IMG/VR virus record: IMGVR_UViG_3300022917_000008
Location: 1-64,000 of that record
Length of the DNA stretch: 64,000 bases
DNA from: a virus
Taxonomy: Duplodnaviria; Caudoviricetes
Strand: one strand, 5' to 3'
The notes below the pieces were generated by a model that worked only from the letters and a program-made list of their open reading frames with translations, searched no databases and was not told where the DNA came from. The position numbers were made by a program, and so were the translations under genes. This document shows positions 40,430-48,442 of this stretch, piece by piece; position 1 is the stretch's first letter; each line of letters opens with the position of its first letter.

Positions 40430-41371
40430 CTATGATTGAGGCTGTGCTTCAATAGACCTTTCACCTGCTTCCCTGGCTCTCTGAGCCTTGGTTTCTTCAT
40501 CCACCTCATTTGCCTCAGCTGTAGGTGCAGTCCTTGTAGGTTCAGGCCTTGGTCTCAGCAGGTTGCTGGTATAACCAGGCCTTCTGTTCTGCAAGCCTTC
40601 CTGTGCAGGCACACCAGCAGGTGATCCAGGCAGTGTTGGGACACTAATACCAGCTTTAGCCATAGCAGCACGTACAGAGGAACCTGTTATAGTGTTGTTA
40701 TGAGTAATGATGATATCTTCATCCCACATCTTGCCTGTCTTGGGATCATCCATACCTTCAACAGACAGGTGCCTGTTAGCATAGATTTTGTGCTCCACAC
40801 CCTTGGTGTCAGTGTAGATCAGCAGATCACCACCATTACCAGCAGTCTTGGGCCTCTGTTCCCCAGGTGTCTTGTCCTTGTTGACCCATGTGCGGCCTAC
40901 AAAGCTGTCCTCCTCTACAATCTTGCTCTTCAGTTCTTTGCCCTTGAGGTCAATGAACCTGTAAAGCAGTGGGCCACCAGGCTGACCAGGCTCACCATCA
41001 AAAGTGAGCCATCCCTGATACTTCACACCTTCAATTACAGTGACAGCCTCTCCAACCTCTTCCCAGGTCTTGATGAACCCATCTCCAATGGCCTTCATAG
41101 TGCTGTAATTCATCCAGGTAACCCTTTTCCTGGGACCTGTATTGAATGCACTGTGTCCAGCCATTGTCACTGCAAGCAGCCCACTCTGGTTACCCAGGGG
41201 TTGTGGAAACAGCTGTTCCAGCTGAAGCTCCAAAGTTTGCTTGTCTGCTCCCACTGTCCTGATCCTACTGACCAATACAGGGGTGATGGGTTCTGAATTA
41301 GCCACTTTGGCTCCCTCAGGCAGGTTCAGTACTCTGACCTGTGTCTGAGGCATTGATTGTGTTGTTTGCAT
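40430..41371 (-). CDS. Hypothetical protein with a disordered C-terminus
   Basis: ORF track; followed by a terminator hairpin at ~40380-40406. Confidence 0.75.
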   Translation of the reverse strand: MQTTQSMPQTQVRVLNLPEGAKVANSEPITPVLVSRIRTVGADKQTLELQLEQLFPQPLGNQSGLLAVTMAGHSAFNTGPRKRVTWMNYSTMKAIGDGFIKTWEEVGEAVTVIEGVKYQGWLTFDGEPGQPGGPLLYRFIDLKGKELKSKIVEEDSFVGRTWVNKDKTPGEQRPKTAGNGGDLLIYTDTKGVEHKIYANRHLSVEGMDDPKTGKMWDEDIIITHNNTITGSSVRAAMAKAGISVPTLPGSPAGVPAQEGLQNRRPGYTSNLLRPRPEPTRTAPTAEANEVDEETKAQRAREAGERSIEAQPQS

Positions 41372-41426
41372 TTTGATGCGTTTTTAAGTTAATAAATGTT
41401 TACATGCCCTTATAATGAGTAGCCCA

Positions 41427-41681
41427 TTAGGATTCCTGGATGTTAACCTCCAGTCTTCTTCTGTGAGCCACCAAAAGCTTATGAATAGAGTCTAGCAGCC
41501 TGAAACAGTTCTCCTTTGTATCAGGTTTTCCCCTAAATGCTCTAGTTCTTAAGTAGTCTTTTCTCTTTTCCCTATATGCTAAGGTGGGAACATAGGTCCT
41601 CTTACCATCTGTATGCACCAGCAAAGTGCCACCACCTTTGGTTTTGTATGCTTTCAGGACGGCCATAATAGTATTGTACAA
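41427..41681 (-). CDS. Small basic hypothetical protein
   Basis: ORF track. Confidence 0.5.
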   Translation of the reverse strand: MYNTIMAVLKAYKTKGGGTLLVHTDGKRTYVPTLAYREKRKDYLRTRAFRGKPDTKENCFRLLDSIHKLLVAHRRRLEVNIQES

Positions 41682-41792
41682 TGTAGTGGAGAATCTTCTT
41701 CAGAAAAAGATAGGGGAGTGTGGAGAGAAGCAGCTCTCCCTTCCACAAAGAAAGCTGTCAGCAAACATGTGGGAGTTCTCCCCTACCTAGTA

Positions 41793-43814
41793 TTATAAGA
41801 CTAACTCCTTTACAGGTTGGTACCTGTTTGAGGCATGCAGAGTCTTCAATGGCAAGAATGCATCAATGATGTCCAGATCATGGATGTTGGTGAACACCTG
41901 ATTCAAGACACCCATATTACATCCTCCAAAGTACATGATATTGGGAATATCCTGGAACTTCTTCCCATCTCCTACAGAGCCCTCCTTGACATCCCATATA
42001 ACAGTAACACCTTCCCATCCAAACCATTGCCTCATCTTGTTCTGGAACTCAAGGAAGCTTGATGTTGGACTATAAGAGCTATTGAACTCACCATCAGACA
42101 TGGCCAGTATGACCTTGTACCTGTTGATCATATCAATCCTCTGTGATGAGAATGCAGGCTCTTCATCTACCCATATCTTTAGTGCATCAGGTATTGCACT
42201 AAAGTTGGTACTACCATGTGGAGTACCAATGTACTTGGATATATTACTGAGATTCCATGAGAATGGCTTAGTCCTATCAACTAGTACATCAACAGTTGTG
42301 ACCTTAGTTGACATAAACTTGTTTCTCCCATTGGTCTCTGACTTAGTACCTGCAGCTACAACATCAGCTGAGGAACCAAACCTTACCAGGAATTCTCCTG
42401 CTTCAGCATCAGGGTTCTTCAGCAAGAATACTGTAGTGGCTAGCTGACAAAGTGCATTGGCACTGAATTCACTACCCTTGTGACTAACAGCTCTCATAGC
42501 CATAGACCCTGAGATGTCAGATGCTACAAGTACAGGTACCTGTAGTATAATCTTCTCAAGCAGGCTAAATGCCTTGACATCCATTTCTGCAGGAGTAAGT
42601 TTCCTGCTTGCAATCTCTGCAATGAGGTCAATGAGAACATCCCCAGCTACATTCACCTTAGCAGCCTTTTGGACTTGCTGAAGTTCCTTAGTGGTCATCT
42701 TCTCCTTTTCCTCAGTTGTGAGTGATGCAAGCTTGGTTTGGGCCTTCTGCTTGTCTGCCAGCCATTGGATGTACACAGCACCACAGTTCTCCCCAGACTT
42801 AAGTTTCCACTTATCCCTGGGTGAAAGTGTTCCTGCTTTGTCCTTGCTACATATCCTGCAGGCTACCCTATACCTTGCCTCAGAAGGCAATGTGTCTAAC
42901 CAATCCATAAACTGAGTCTTGTCCATGAATGTTACACTCCTGGGATCATCCAGATGTGCACTAAACTTAACAGCCTCAGTTTCAGACAGGTAGGTTTTCC
43001 TAAACTGCCTGTAACCCTCGAAATGCAAACCACCCTTCATCTTGGTGATCTTCCAGTCCATCTTGGCAGACAATGCCTTGATGAAATCAATCACCCAAGC
43101 ATCCTTCTGCTTTGTGTGCTCTTTCTTCTCTTTCTTCACTGTGATGGAATCACCCACCTTGGCATCAGCATACTTCTCATTCTTCTTGAATGCCTTGATG
43201 TTCTTGTCAGTAATAACATACTTGCGTATCCTACTACTGTTTGGTACATGGGGTAACCACCTGGCCCACAGCATCTTTTCATTCTCTGTGGTAGTAGTTG
43301 CCTTTAGTACCTTAGTGATGTAATCAGTGACAGGGTTAATGCCTACATCCAGCTTCAGAACTTCCTGTAGTGTACCTTTGTACCTATCAGTCTTCAGCTG
43401 GTAAAACATGATACCCCCCAAATTGTAATACTCTCCTATGATTGGTAGGAAAGTATAGAACTGCACTGGAGCCCTTTCAAGCATCCATTTTAAGCAGTAC
43501 ATAAACACACGTCTCTTACTCTGACCACCAGTGTCAGGTGTCTTGATACCTCTCCTACGGAAGACATTGTGTTCCCTATTGCTCATATCCCCTAGTGAGA
43601 ATACAAGAACATAGAACAACTCTTTCTTCTCCTTAGTGTTGCATTCACTCCATGCAGCGTCAAGGTACCTGTAAACCTGTTGCTGAGTGACTGTAGTATC
43701 TGATAACTTGTTGCCCTGTTGAAACAAGTCCAGTGTACTACTCATCTTGTAGAAAGGATTACTCTCCACAAGCTTTGATGTCTTAGCAGCCATAATTGAT
43801 CCACTCATTGACAT
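41793..43814 (-). CDS. Ro60/TROVE-like protein (DUF2828-type helical domain plus C-terminal vWA)
   Basis: N-terminal SSTLDLF...AAW.E...F.L.D...GGQSKRRVF resembles DUF2828; vWA MIDAS SDISGSM, STNF, SDGEF, VIWDV; directly downstream of the RNA island. Confidence 0.7.
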   Translation of the reverse strand: MSMSGSIMAAKTSKLVESNPFYKMSSTLDLFQQGNKLSDTTVTQQQVYRYLDAAWSECNTKEKKELFYVLVFSLGDMSNREHNVFRRRGIKTPDTGGQSKRRVFMYCLKWMLERAPVQFYTFLPIIGEYYNLGGIMFYQLKTDRYKGTLQEVLKLDVGINPVTDYITKVLKATTTTENEKMLWARWLPHVPNSSRIRKYVITDKNIKAFKKNEKYADAKVGDSITVKKEKKEHTKQKDAWVIDFIKALSAKMDWKITKMKGGLHFEGYRQFRKTYLSETEAVKFSAHLDDPRSVTFMDKTQFMDWLDTLPSEARYRVACRICSKDKAGTLSPRDKWKLKSGENCGAVYIQWLADKQKAQTKLASLTTEEKEKMTTKELQQVQKAAKVNVAGDVLIDLIAEIASRKLTPAEMDVKAFSLLEKIILQVPVLVASDISGSMAMRAVSHKGSEFSANALCQLATTVFLLKNPDAEAGEFLVRFGSSADVVAAGTKSETNGRNKFMSTKVTTVDVLVDRTKPFSWNLSNISKYIGTPHGSTNFSAIPDALKIWVDEEPAFSSQRIDMINRYKVILAMSDGEFNSSYSPTSSFLEFQNKMRQWFGWEGVTVIWDVKEGSVGDGKKFQDIPNIMYFGGCNMGVLNQVFTNIHDLDIIDAFLPLKTLHASNRYQPVKELVL

Positions 43815-43855
43815 TTGGTTTTTAGCATTTCTCGAAATGGGTTAAAGACATAGAT

Positions 43856-43922
43856 ACTCACTAATGTTGATCAATTACAAGTTGATTGCTTTTGCAAAGC
43901 ATTGATTTGATTCTAAGTGAGT
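43856..43922 (-). ncRNA. Motif RNA 1: minimal Y-like RNA carrying a Thr(UGU) anticodon stem-loop
   Basis: ACTCACTTAGAAT...ATCAA-CTTGTAA-TTGAT...TTAGTGAGT. Confidence 0.7.
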
Positions 43923-44001
43923 GAAGAAGTTAGTGTTAAGCTTGTCTCTCGCTACATGGCCTTTGCAGGGTTATTATGTAGACGTTTGCACTTAACACTT
44001 G

Positions 44002-44121
44002 TGTAGGGGATGGGATTCGAACCACATACATACGTCCTCCAAAAGGAATTGTATAAGTTATTCTAAGTAGTGTAATATACACTACTAATACTACGTGCTC
44101 TACCAATTGAGCTACCCCTAC
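44002..44121 (-). tRNA. Motif RNA 2: tRNA-Gln(UUG)-like RNA with a ~46-nt motif-containing insert in the 5' anticodon stem
   Basis: GTAGGGG/CCCCTAC acceptor, GCTC-AATTGGTA-GAGC D arm, CGT[insert]CC-TTTTGGA-GGACG, TTCGAAT T loop. Confidence 0.7.
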
Positions 44122-44395
44122 AAAATAGGAGTTCCTCCATAGAAAATGGAGGAACTCATAATGTCCTTAAAAACAACCTGTTGCAGAACCAAGCCTTGGC
44201 CATTTCAGCCAATACTTGTTTTTTGAGCAATATTGCTCGCTCTTGGAGGGAGATACAATCCCCTTCCAAGACTGGTAGTGAGCTGTGTCTAGTCTAACAC
44301 CTAGTCACCTGCCTACTAACATAGTTTGACAGTTACAATAGAAAAAGCCCCACATAGATATGTAGGGCCTTTATCAAAATTAACTGTAGGAACAG

Positions 44396-44514
44396 TTGGG
44401 GGACTTGGAATCGAACCAAGGACTATTCCTTATGATGGAATAATTGTTGTTGATGGATTATAAGTAGGTGTACCTACTAAGTAACTAATTGTGATACCAC
44501 TTCACCATCCCCCA
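44396..44514 (-). tRNA. Motif RNA 3: tRNA(CAU)-like RNA with a motif hairpin inserted between the D arm and anticodon arm
   Basis: TGGGGGA/TCCCCCA, GTGA-AGTGGTA-TCAC, TTAG-TAGG-TACA-CCTA-CTTATAAT insert, ATTCC-ATCATAA-GGAAT, CTTGG-TTCGATT-CCAAG. Confidence 0.75.
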
Positions 44515-44521
44515 ATATAGA

Positions 44522-44582
44522 GACTCACTAATTGTTAATCTGGTGTTCCACTTAAGGAACTAGGTTGGATTCTAAGTGAGTC
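44522..44582 (-). ncRNA. Motif RNA 4: minimal Y-like RNA with one internal hairpin
   Basis: GACTCACTTAGAAT...GTTCC-TTAAGT-GGAAC...TTAGTGAGTC. Confidence 0.65.
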
Positions 44583-44591
44583 AAGAAATTA

Positions 44592-44711
44592 AGTCCTCTA
44601 ACTTATTTTTGGATTGATTAAGAATCAATTGCCTAACCATTTGGCTACTGTGGATTGCTCCATAGACAGGATTCGAACCTGTATTATTTGTTAAAGTATT
44701 CTAAGAGGACT
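44592..44711 (-). ncRNA. Motif RNA 5: circularly permuted tRNA-Lys(CUU)-like RNA closed by the motif stem
   Basis: AGTCCTCTTAGAAT..T arm ACAGG-TTCGAAT-CCTGT, acceptor CTATGGA-GCAA-TCCACAG, D arm, ATTGA-TTCTTAA-TCAAT..TTAGAGGACT. Confidence 0.85.
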
Positions 44712-44716
44712 ATTTG

Positions 44717-44791
44717 TGGAGAAAGTAAGACTCGAACTTACCTCCCTTGCTTATTTAAGGCAAGCCTGTAACCACTCCAGGGCATTTCTCC
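44717..44791 (-). tRNA. tRNA-like gene with a 9-nt anticodon loop (undetermined, possibly UAA)
   Basis: GGAGAAA/TTTCTCC, CTTGC-CTTAAATAA-GCAAG, GTAAG-TTCGAGT-CTTAC. Confidence 0.6.
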
Positions 44792-44795
44792 AGGG

Positions 44796-44924
44796 ATTTC
44801 ACTAAGTTTAGTTGCCTATTTTCAAGTAGGTGCCTGACCACACAGGCTTACCCCCCATTAAATCTCCTCACATATGTGGGGGGTTAGGATTCGAACCCAT
44901 TTTTTGAGGTATTCTAAGTGAAAT
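44796..44924 (-). ncRNA. Motif RNA 6: circularly permuted tRNA-like RNA (Phe GAA or Ser UGA, ambiguous)
   Basis: ATTTCACTTAGAAT..GG-TTCGAAT-CC..CCCCCCA-19nt-TGGGGGG, GCCTG-TGTGGT-CAGGC, CCTA-CTTGAAAA-TAGG..TTAGTGAAAT. Confidence 0.8.
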
Positions 44925-45075
44925 AAAGAACTTGAGTGAGCTTGGCCAAGCTGTATTATTCCCCTACACTTTTACAGTAGCACTGAAGCTTTTACAAAAA
45001 AGGCCATATCTTCTTTAGGCCCTAGGGCTCTAGTCTAACTATTAAGTACAGACCTTGTTAACACTCACTCTTTTG

Positions 45076-45158
45076 TGTTGGTGGGAGGGGTTACACCTCC
45101 ATGCCTTGCGGCGCTTTGACATTTAATCGCAGTGTGTCTATATTTCCACCACACCAAC
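45076..45158 (-). tRNA. Degenerate type II (Leu-like) tRNA
   Basis: GTTGGTG/CACCAAC acceptor, GTGGAA..AGACAC D arm, GCC-GCAA-GGC variable arm, poor anticodon stem, non-canonical T loop. Confidence 0.5.
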
Positions 45159-45192
45159 AAGTACTGTGCAAACATACAACAATAAACTGAAA

Positions 45193-45392
45193 CCCACTAA
45201 TTTTTCTTCTTTTTTGACATAAAAGTGCTCACCACTGAACTTCTCCCCCTAGTTGAAATATAGTAGGCCTATGGAAATAAGCCTACTTGAAACATCCTTA
45301 GAAGCGCGAGCCACGAAGTGCCCCAGAGATGGGGACTTTGTAGAGCAGGGGGAGCCAGAGTCGAACTGGTATTTGTATGTATTCTAAGTGGG
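45193..45392 (-). ncRNA. Motif RNA 7: circularly permuted tRNA-Asp(GUC)-like RNA with a ~95-nt structured acceptor linker
   Basis: CCCACTTAGAAT..CCAG-TTCGACT-CTGG, TCCCCCT-G...AGGGGGA, GTTC-AGTGGT-GAGC, CTTTT-ATGTCAA-AAAAG..TTAGTGGG. Confidence 0.8.
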
Positions 45393-45474
45393 CTAAAGAG
45401 TTTAAAAGAAGGGTGTAGAAACACCCTTCGAGGTGTTAAGTAACCCCAAAAGGGGCTTTACTTATGAAAAAAGG

Positions 45475-45575
45475 TGTGGAGAGGAGGATTTGAACCTCCA
45501 TGAATGTCTTGCAACATTCCCAGCTATAGTCCAGGGTCCAGCCTATAGCCTGCTCTACTATTGGCATACCTCCAC
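45475..45575 (-). tRNA. tRNA-like RNA with an enlarged anticodon arm and long variable arm
   Basis: GTGGAGG/TCTCCAC, GGCTATAG-13nt-CTATAGCT, GAATGT-TGCAAG-ACATTC, GGAGG-TTCAAAT-CCTCC. Confidence 0.55.
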
Positions 45576-45584
45576 ATATGTATA

Positions 45585-45803
45585 TCAGTCACTTATATCC
45601 TCATATATAGTAGCTGATAAAGCTATTATTGATAGTACTATTAATAATGCTATTGAAACCCATGCAGGTAGGTACAATATGGCACATGCTATTATACCAG
45701 CTATCAAAGCCATTACAACCAATATGGCTAGGGCTATGCCTACACTTTCTGCTGCCTTACGTGTATCCATCTGCTTCCTCCTTGTATTTGTCTCTGTACA
45801 CAT
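45585..45803 (-). CDS. Small membrane protein with two TM segments
   Basis: ORF track; probable start at MDTRK. Confidence 0.6.
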   Translation of the reverse strand: MCTETNTRRKQMDTRKAAESVGIALAILVVMALIAGIIACAILYLPAWVSIALLIVLSIIALSATIYEDISD

Positions 45804-46266
45804 TCCTTAGTATGGATAGGATTCTTGCATTAGGCTTTGTGCTTGGATTGAGAGACCTTGCAGTAAAGTAGTCAATGTCTGCCCAATCATTGATAAATTG
45901 AGCAACTGCACCACTTCTTTTGACCCCAGCAGCACAATGCACTACACATACATCTGCATGGCTATTCTGCTCTATAAAGGCCAAAATAGCCTTTCCCTGC
46001 TCCTCACTCATGGGAACTACAGAAATGTACTCTCTTTTGTCACGACCCAATAAAGGCACCTGTAATGGCTCATCAACATCATCAAATAGTAGTCTTAGAA
46101 CATTTGGATGGTCTTTTTGGAACCAGTGGGGCATTCTTAGCAGGTCTTGCTCTCCTATTATCTCAATGAAGCAAGCCTTGTTCTTTAGGCTAACATTTTC
46201 ATCATTAAGATGTTCCCTAGCTACCATTGCTCCAAACTGATTCCATGATAATGCAAGTGCTATCAT
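45757..46266 (-). CDS. Protein tyrosine / dual-specificity phosphatase-like protein
   Basis: VHCAAGVKRSGA CX5R motif, FDD loop, PN..I. Confidence 0.9.
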   Translation of the reverse strand: MIALALSWNQFGAMVAREHLNDENVSLKNKACFIEIIGEQDLLRMPHWFQKDHPNVLRLLFDDVDEPLQVPLLGRDKREYISVVPMSEEQGKAILAFIEQNSHADVCVVHCAAGVKRSGAVAQFINDWADIDYFTARSLNPSTKPNARILSILRNVYRDKYKEEADGYT

Positions 46267-46432
46267 CTTTCAGTGTCTTTATAAACATCATAAGATACAG
46301 TGAGGGCAATGGAACTAGCTAGTACCCACCACATATATTCACTGTCATGCTGAATTACCAGTAATATTGTGTTAAGTATAACAGACAGCCCGTTTAGTAT
46401 TACAGCAGCTAAGGCAGCCCAATGTAATGCTC

Positions 46433-46663
46433 TCATTTCTTACCTCCTAATAGCATTATCAAGCCTGTAGCAACACCCAGTCCTATCCATATAGATAGAG
46501 ACAAGACAGTACTAAAGGCAATAACCCATAAGAATATAACCATAACAGCATGAACACTAGGTTCACTTATTCCAGCTGTTATCCAGTGGATGATATGGTT
46601 AGCTGTACTAAAGCACATCCACATTGAAAAGATTGCTATTGCAATCGCAATAATGTATCTCAT
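46433..46663 (-). CDS. Small membrane protein
   Basis: Two hydrophobic segments. Confidence 0.6.
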   Translation of the reverse strand: MRYIIAIAIAIFSMWMCFSTANHIIHWITAGISEPSVHAVMVIFLWVIAFSTVLSLSIWIGLGVATGLIMLLGGKK

Positions 46664-47085
46664 TTCTCCAGTAACTTGTAATAGCCTTTGCAGTGATCAC
46701 ACTGACTAAGGCACTTTGACTTCCCCTCTACATTCCTCTGACAATAGACATATCTATTGAATTTGGCAATACCCAAGGAGAGTTTAATAGTCTTCGTATA
46801 GGCAACTAGGCTATGCACATACAGATCAGGTCTGAATATGTGCATAAAATCCCCTAAGGAGTAGGTTCTTCCTTTGCAGAAAAATCTAGCCTTTCCCCTT
46901 AGTTTAACATTCATTCTCCACATCCATCCATCTATTGGATCAGTATGTGGGCTAAGAACAGTCTTAGCTGGATACTTGAGTATATACCCATCAAATCCAA
47001 CCCTTCCTATTCTGAGGTAAAGGAAGCACCACTTATAGTAGATAACTCCCTGTTGTCTGCCTGGTATCCACCTAAATAGTTTCAT
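46660..47085 (-). CDS. 2OG-Fe(II) oxygenase-like protein
   Basis: ILKYP...HTDP...R.NV...FRPD..VHS (HxD...H triad). Confidence 0.65.
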   Translation of the reverse strand: MKLFRWIPGRQQGVIYYKWCFLYLRIGRVGFDGYILKYPAKTVLSPHTDPIDGWMWRMNVKLRGKARFFCKGRTYSLGDFMHIFRPDLYVHSLVAYTKTIKLSLGIAKFNRYVYCQRNVEGKSKCLSQCDHCKGYYKLLEK

Positions 47086-47342
47086 ATCCTGTGTTAAAAA
47101 GAGAGCCCCATAGTAGAAACTAAGGGCTGCTAACGATTGCTTGCCATATTAAAAAGAGTTAATCCTGTCTACCTCCAATAGTAGAATAGTCCAGCAAAAC
47201 TTAATGCTCAGCCCTTGTGAAAGGGTTTTCTCAAACTATCTCCCTTATCAAGCTTGCCTTGGATAGCCTACATTCCTTTTGGGTGTCCTGTAGTGCTTGC
47301 CTAAGAGCAGGACTAAAGAATTTTAGGAGCAATCAAAATGTC

Positions 47343-47621
47343 TTACTGTTGTGCGTTAGCATGAGCATGTTCCTCCTGCTGAGTAGCCTCCTCCTGGGTG
47401 TTCTCCTCAGCATGTATTTCATTCACAGACTCATAGAACATGTTTGTCCTGTTCCTACAGGCCTGTTTGGCATCCTCACTCAGGTCCTCAAAGGGCACCA
47501 TAAGGTTCTCACCATTTACATCCACACTCTTGTGGCCCTGTCCCTCTTTGTCAGAGACCCACTTCTTGTGTTGGCGTGCTGATACTTTCTCAATGTCAGG
47601 TAATTGCAAGTTGTTCTTCAT
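47343..47621 (-). CDS. Small protein resembling a RyR-repeat domain
   Basis: H..W...K...G......LMVPFEDLSE..K pattern. Confidence 0.55.
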   Translation of the reverse strand: MKNNLQLPDIEKVSARQHKKWVSDKEGQGHKSVDVNGENLMVPFEDLSEDAKQACRNRTNMFYESVNEIHAEENTQEEATQQEEHAHANAQQ

Positions 47622-47670
47622 ACTTGTTCTGTTTTTATGAAAGTGAATAAATAAGCTTTGTTAAAATAGG

Positions 47671-47789
47671 AACTCACTAAACTTTTTAAGATGGGAGTCG
47701 AACCCATTACCCATTGATTAGAAGTCAATTGCTCTACCAAATGAGCTACTTCTCCAGATTAAGGAGATTTGATGTATTCTAAGTGAGTT
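47671..47789 (-). ncRNA. Motif RNA 8: tRNA-Arg(UCU)-like RNA permuted within the acceptor stem
   Basis: AACTCACTTAGAAT..TCTCC-TTAATCT-GGAGAAG-TA-D arm-ATTGA-CTTCTAA-TCAAT-GGGTA-ATGGG-TTCGACT-CCCAT-CTT..TTAGTGAGTT. Confidence 0.85.
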
Positions 47790-47866
47790 AAGAAAGTATG
47801 TAGGGGCGTGCTTCCAGCTACACCACAACTTGAAGGGCCTTGACCCTTGCCTCCCCTACAATAATA

Positions 47867-48442
47867 TTACATCTTCCTAAAGGAAGTCTTCTTGTCAAAC
47901 CCATGACTAACTACCTTCTCAATGTCAGTCCTTGTATCCTTGATAATAGGTTCCCTAGTTAAGAACTCTACTATCCTAAGGTACGCATCTTCAGGAGGCA
48001 CTAACCTACCAAACTGAAAGTCTGCTAGCTTTACATTCTTAGTACCTTCCCCATCAAATGTATACCTAGGTAGTAGCACCACAGGACAGTTTAGCTTCTC
48101 ATTCACATCTGTTGGTTTGTTATGTCCAGTAAGGTACTCACGCTCAGTAGGGAGTTTGTATGCATTCTCCTTATCCACAAACTTTCTTAGCACTAGGACT
48201 TCATCCCCTATGTATACCTTCCCATTGTAACAACACACCTTGTACGTTGTTCCACAAAAAGCTATTCCATAATAGTAATACCCAGGTAGGTCAAGATACT
48301 CAGGCCTGTATATGCCACTTTTCACCCATGAGTGCTGTGGTGTTTCAGTTTCACATACTCTCTCATATACTACCTTAGGGTCAATACCATATTTACCAAT
48401 AAGGAAGTCATAGTAGTCCTTGAAGTTAGATACGATCTTCAT
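47867..48442 (-). CDS. Conserved-looking hypothetical phage protein
   Basis: MKI.S.FKDYYD N-terminus and HGFDKKTSFR C-terminus. Confidence 0.75.
   Translation of the reverse strand: MKIVSNFKDYYDFLIGKYGIDPKVVYERVCETETPQHSWVKSGIYRPEYLDLPGYYYYGIAFCGTTYKVCCYNGKVYIGDEVLVLRKFVDKENAYKLPTEREYLTGHNKPTDVNEKLNCPVVLLPRYTFDGEGTKNVKLADFQFGRLVPPEDAYLRIVEFLTREPIIKDTRTDIEKVVSHGFDKKTSFRKM

Noticed and set aside
44170-44215. tRNA-Cys(GCA)
   Set aside because: A D-arm-like sequence and CTGCAAC are present, but there is no paired anticodon stem, T arm or acceptor.
45433-45810. + strand 125-aa ORF and similar antisense ORFs across the window
   Set aside because: These are shadow ORFs opposite real genes or tRNA-like RNAs, with no recognisable motifs.
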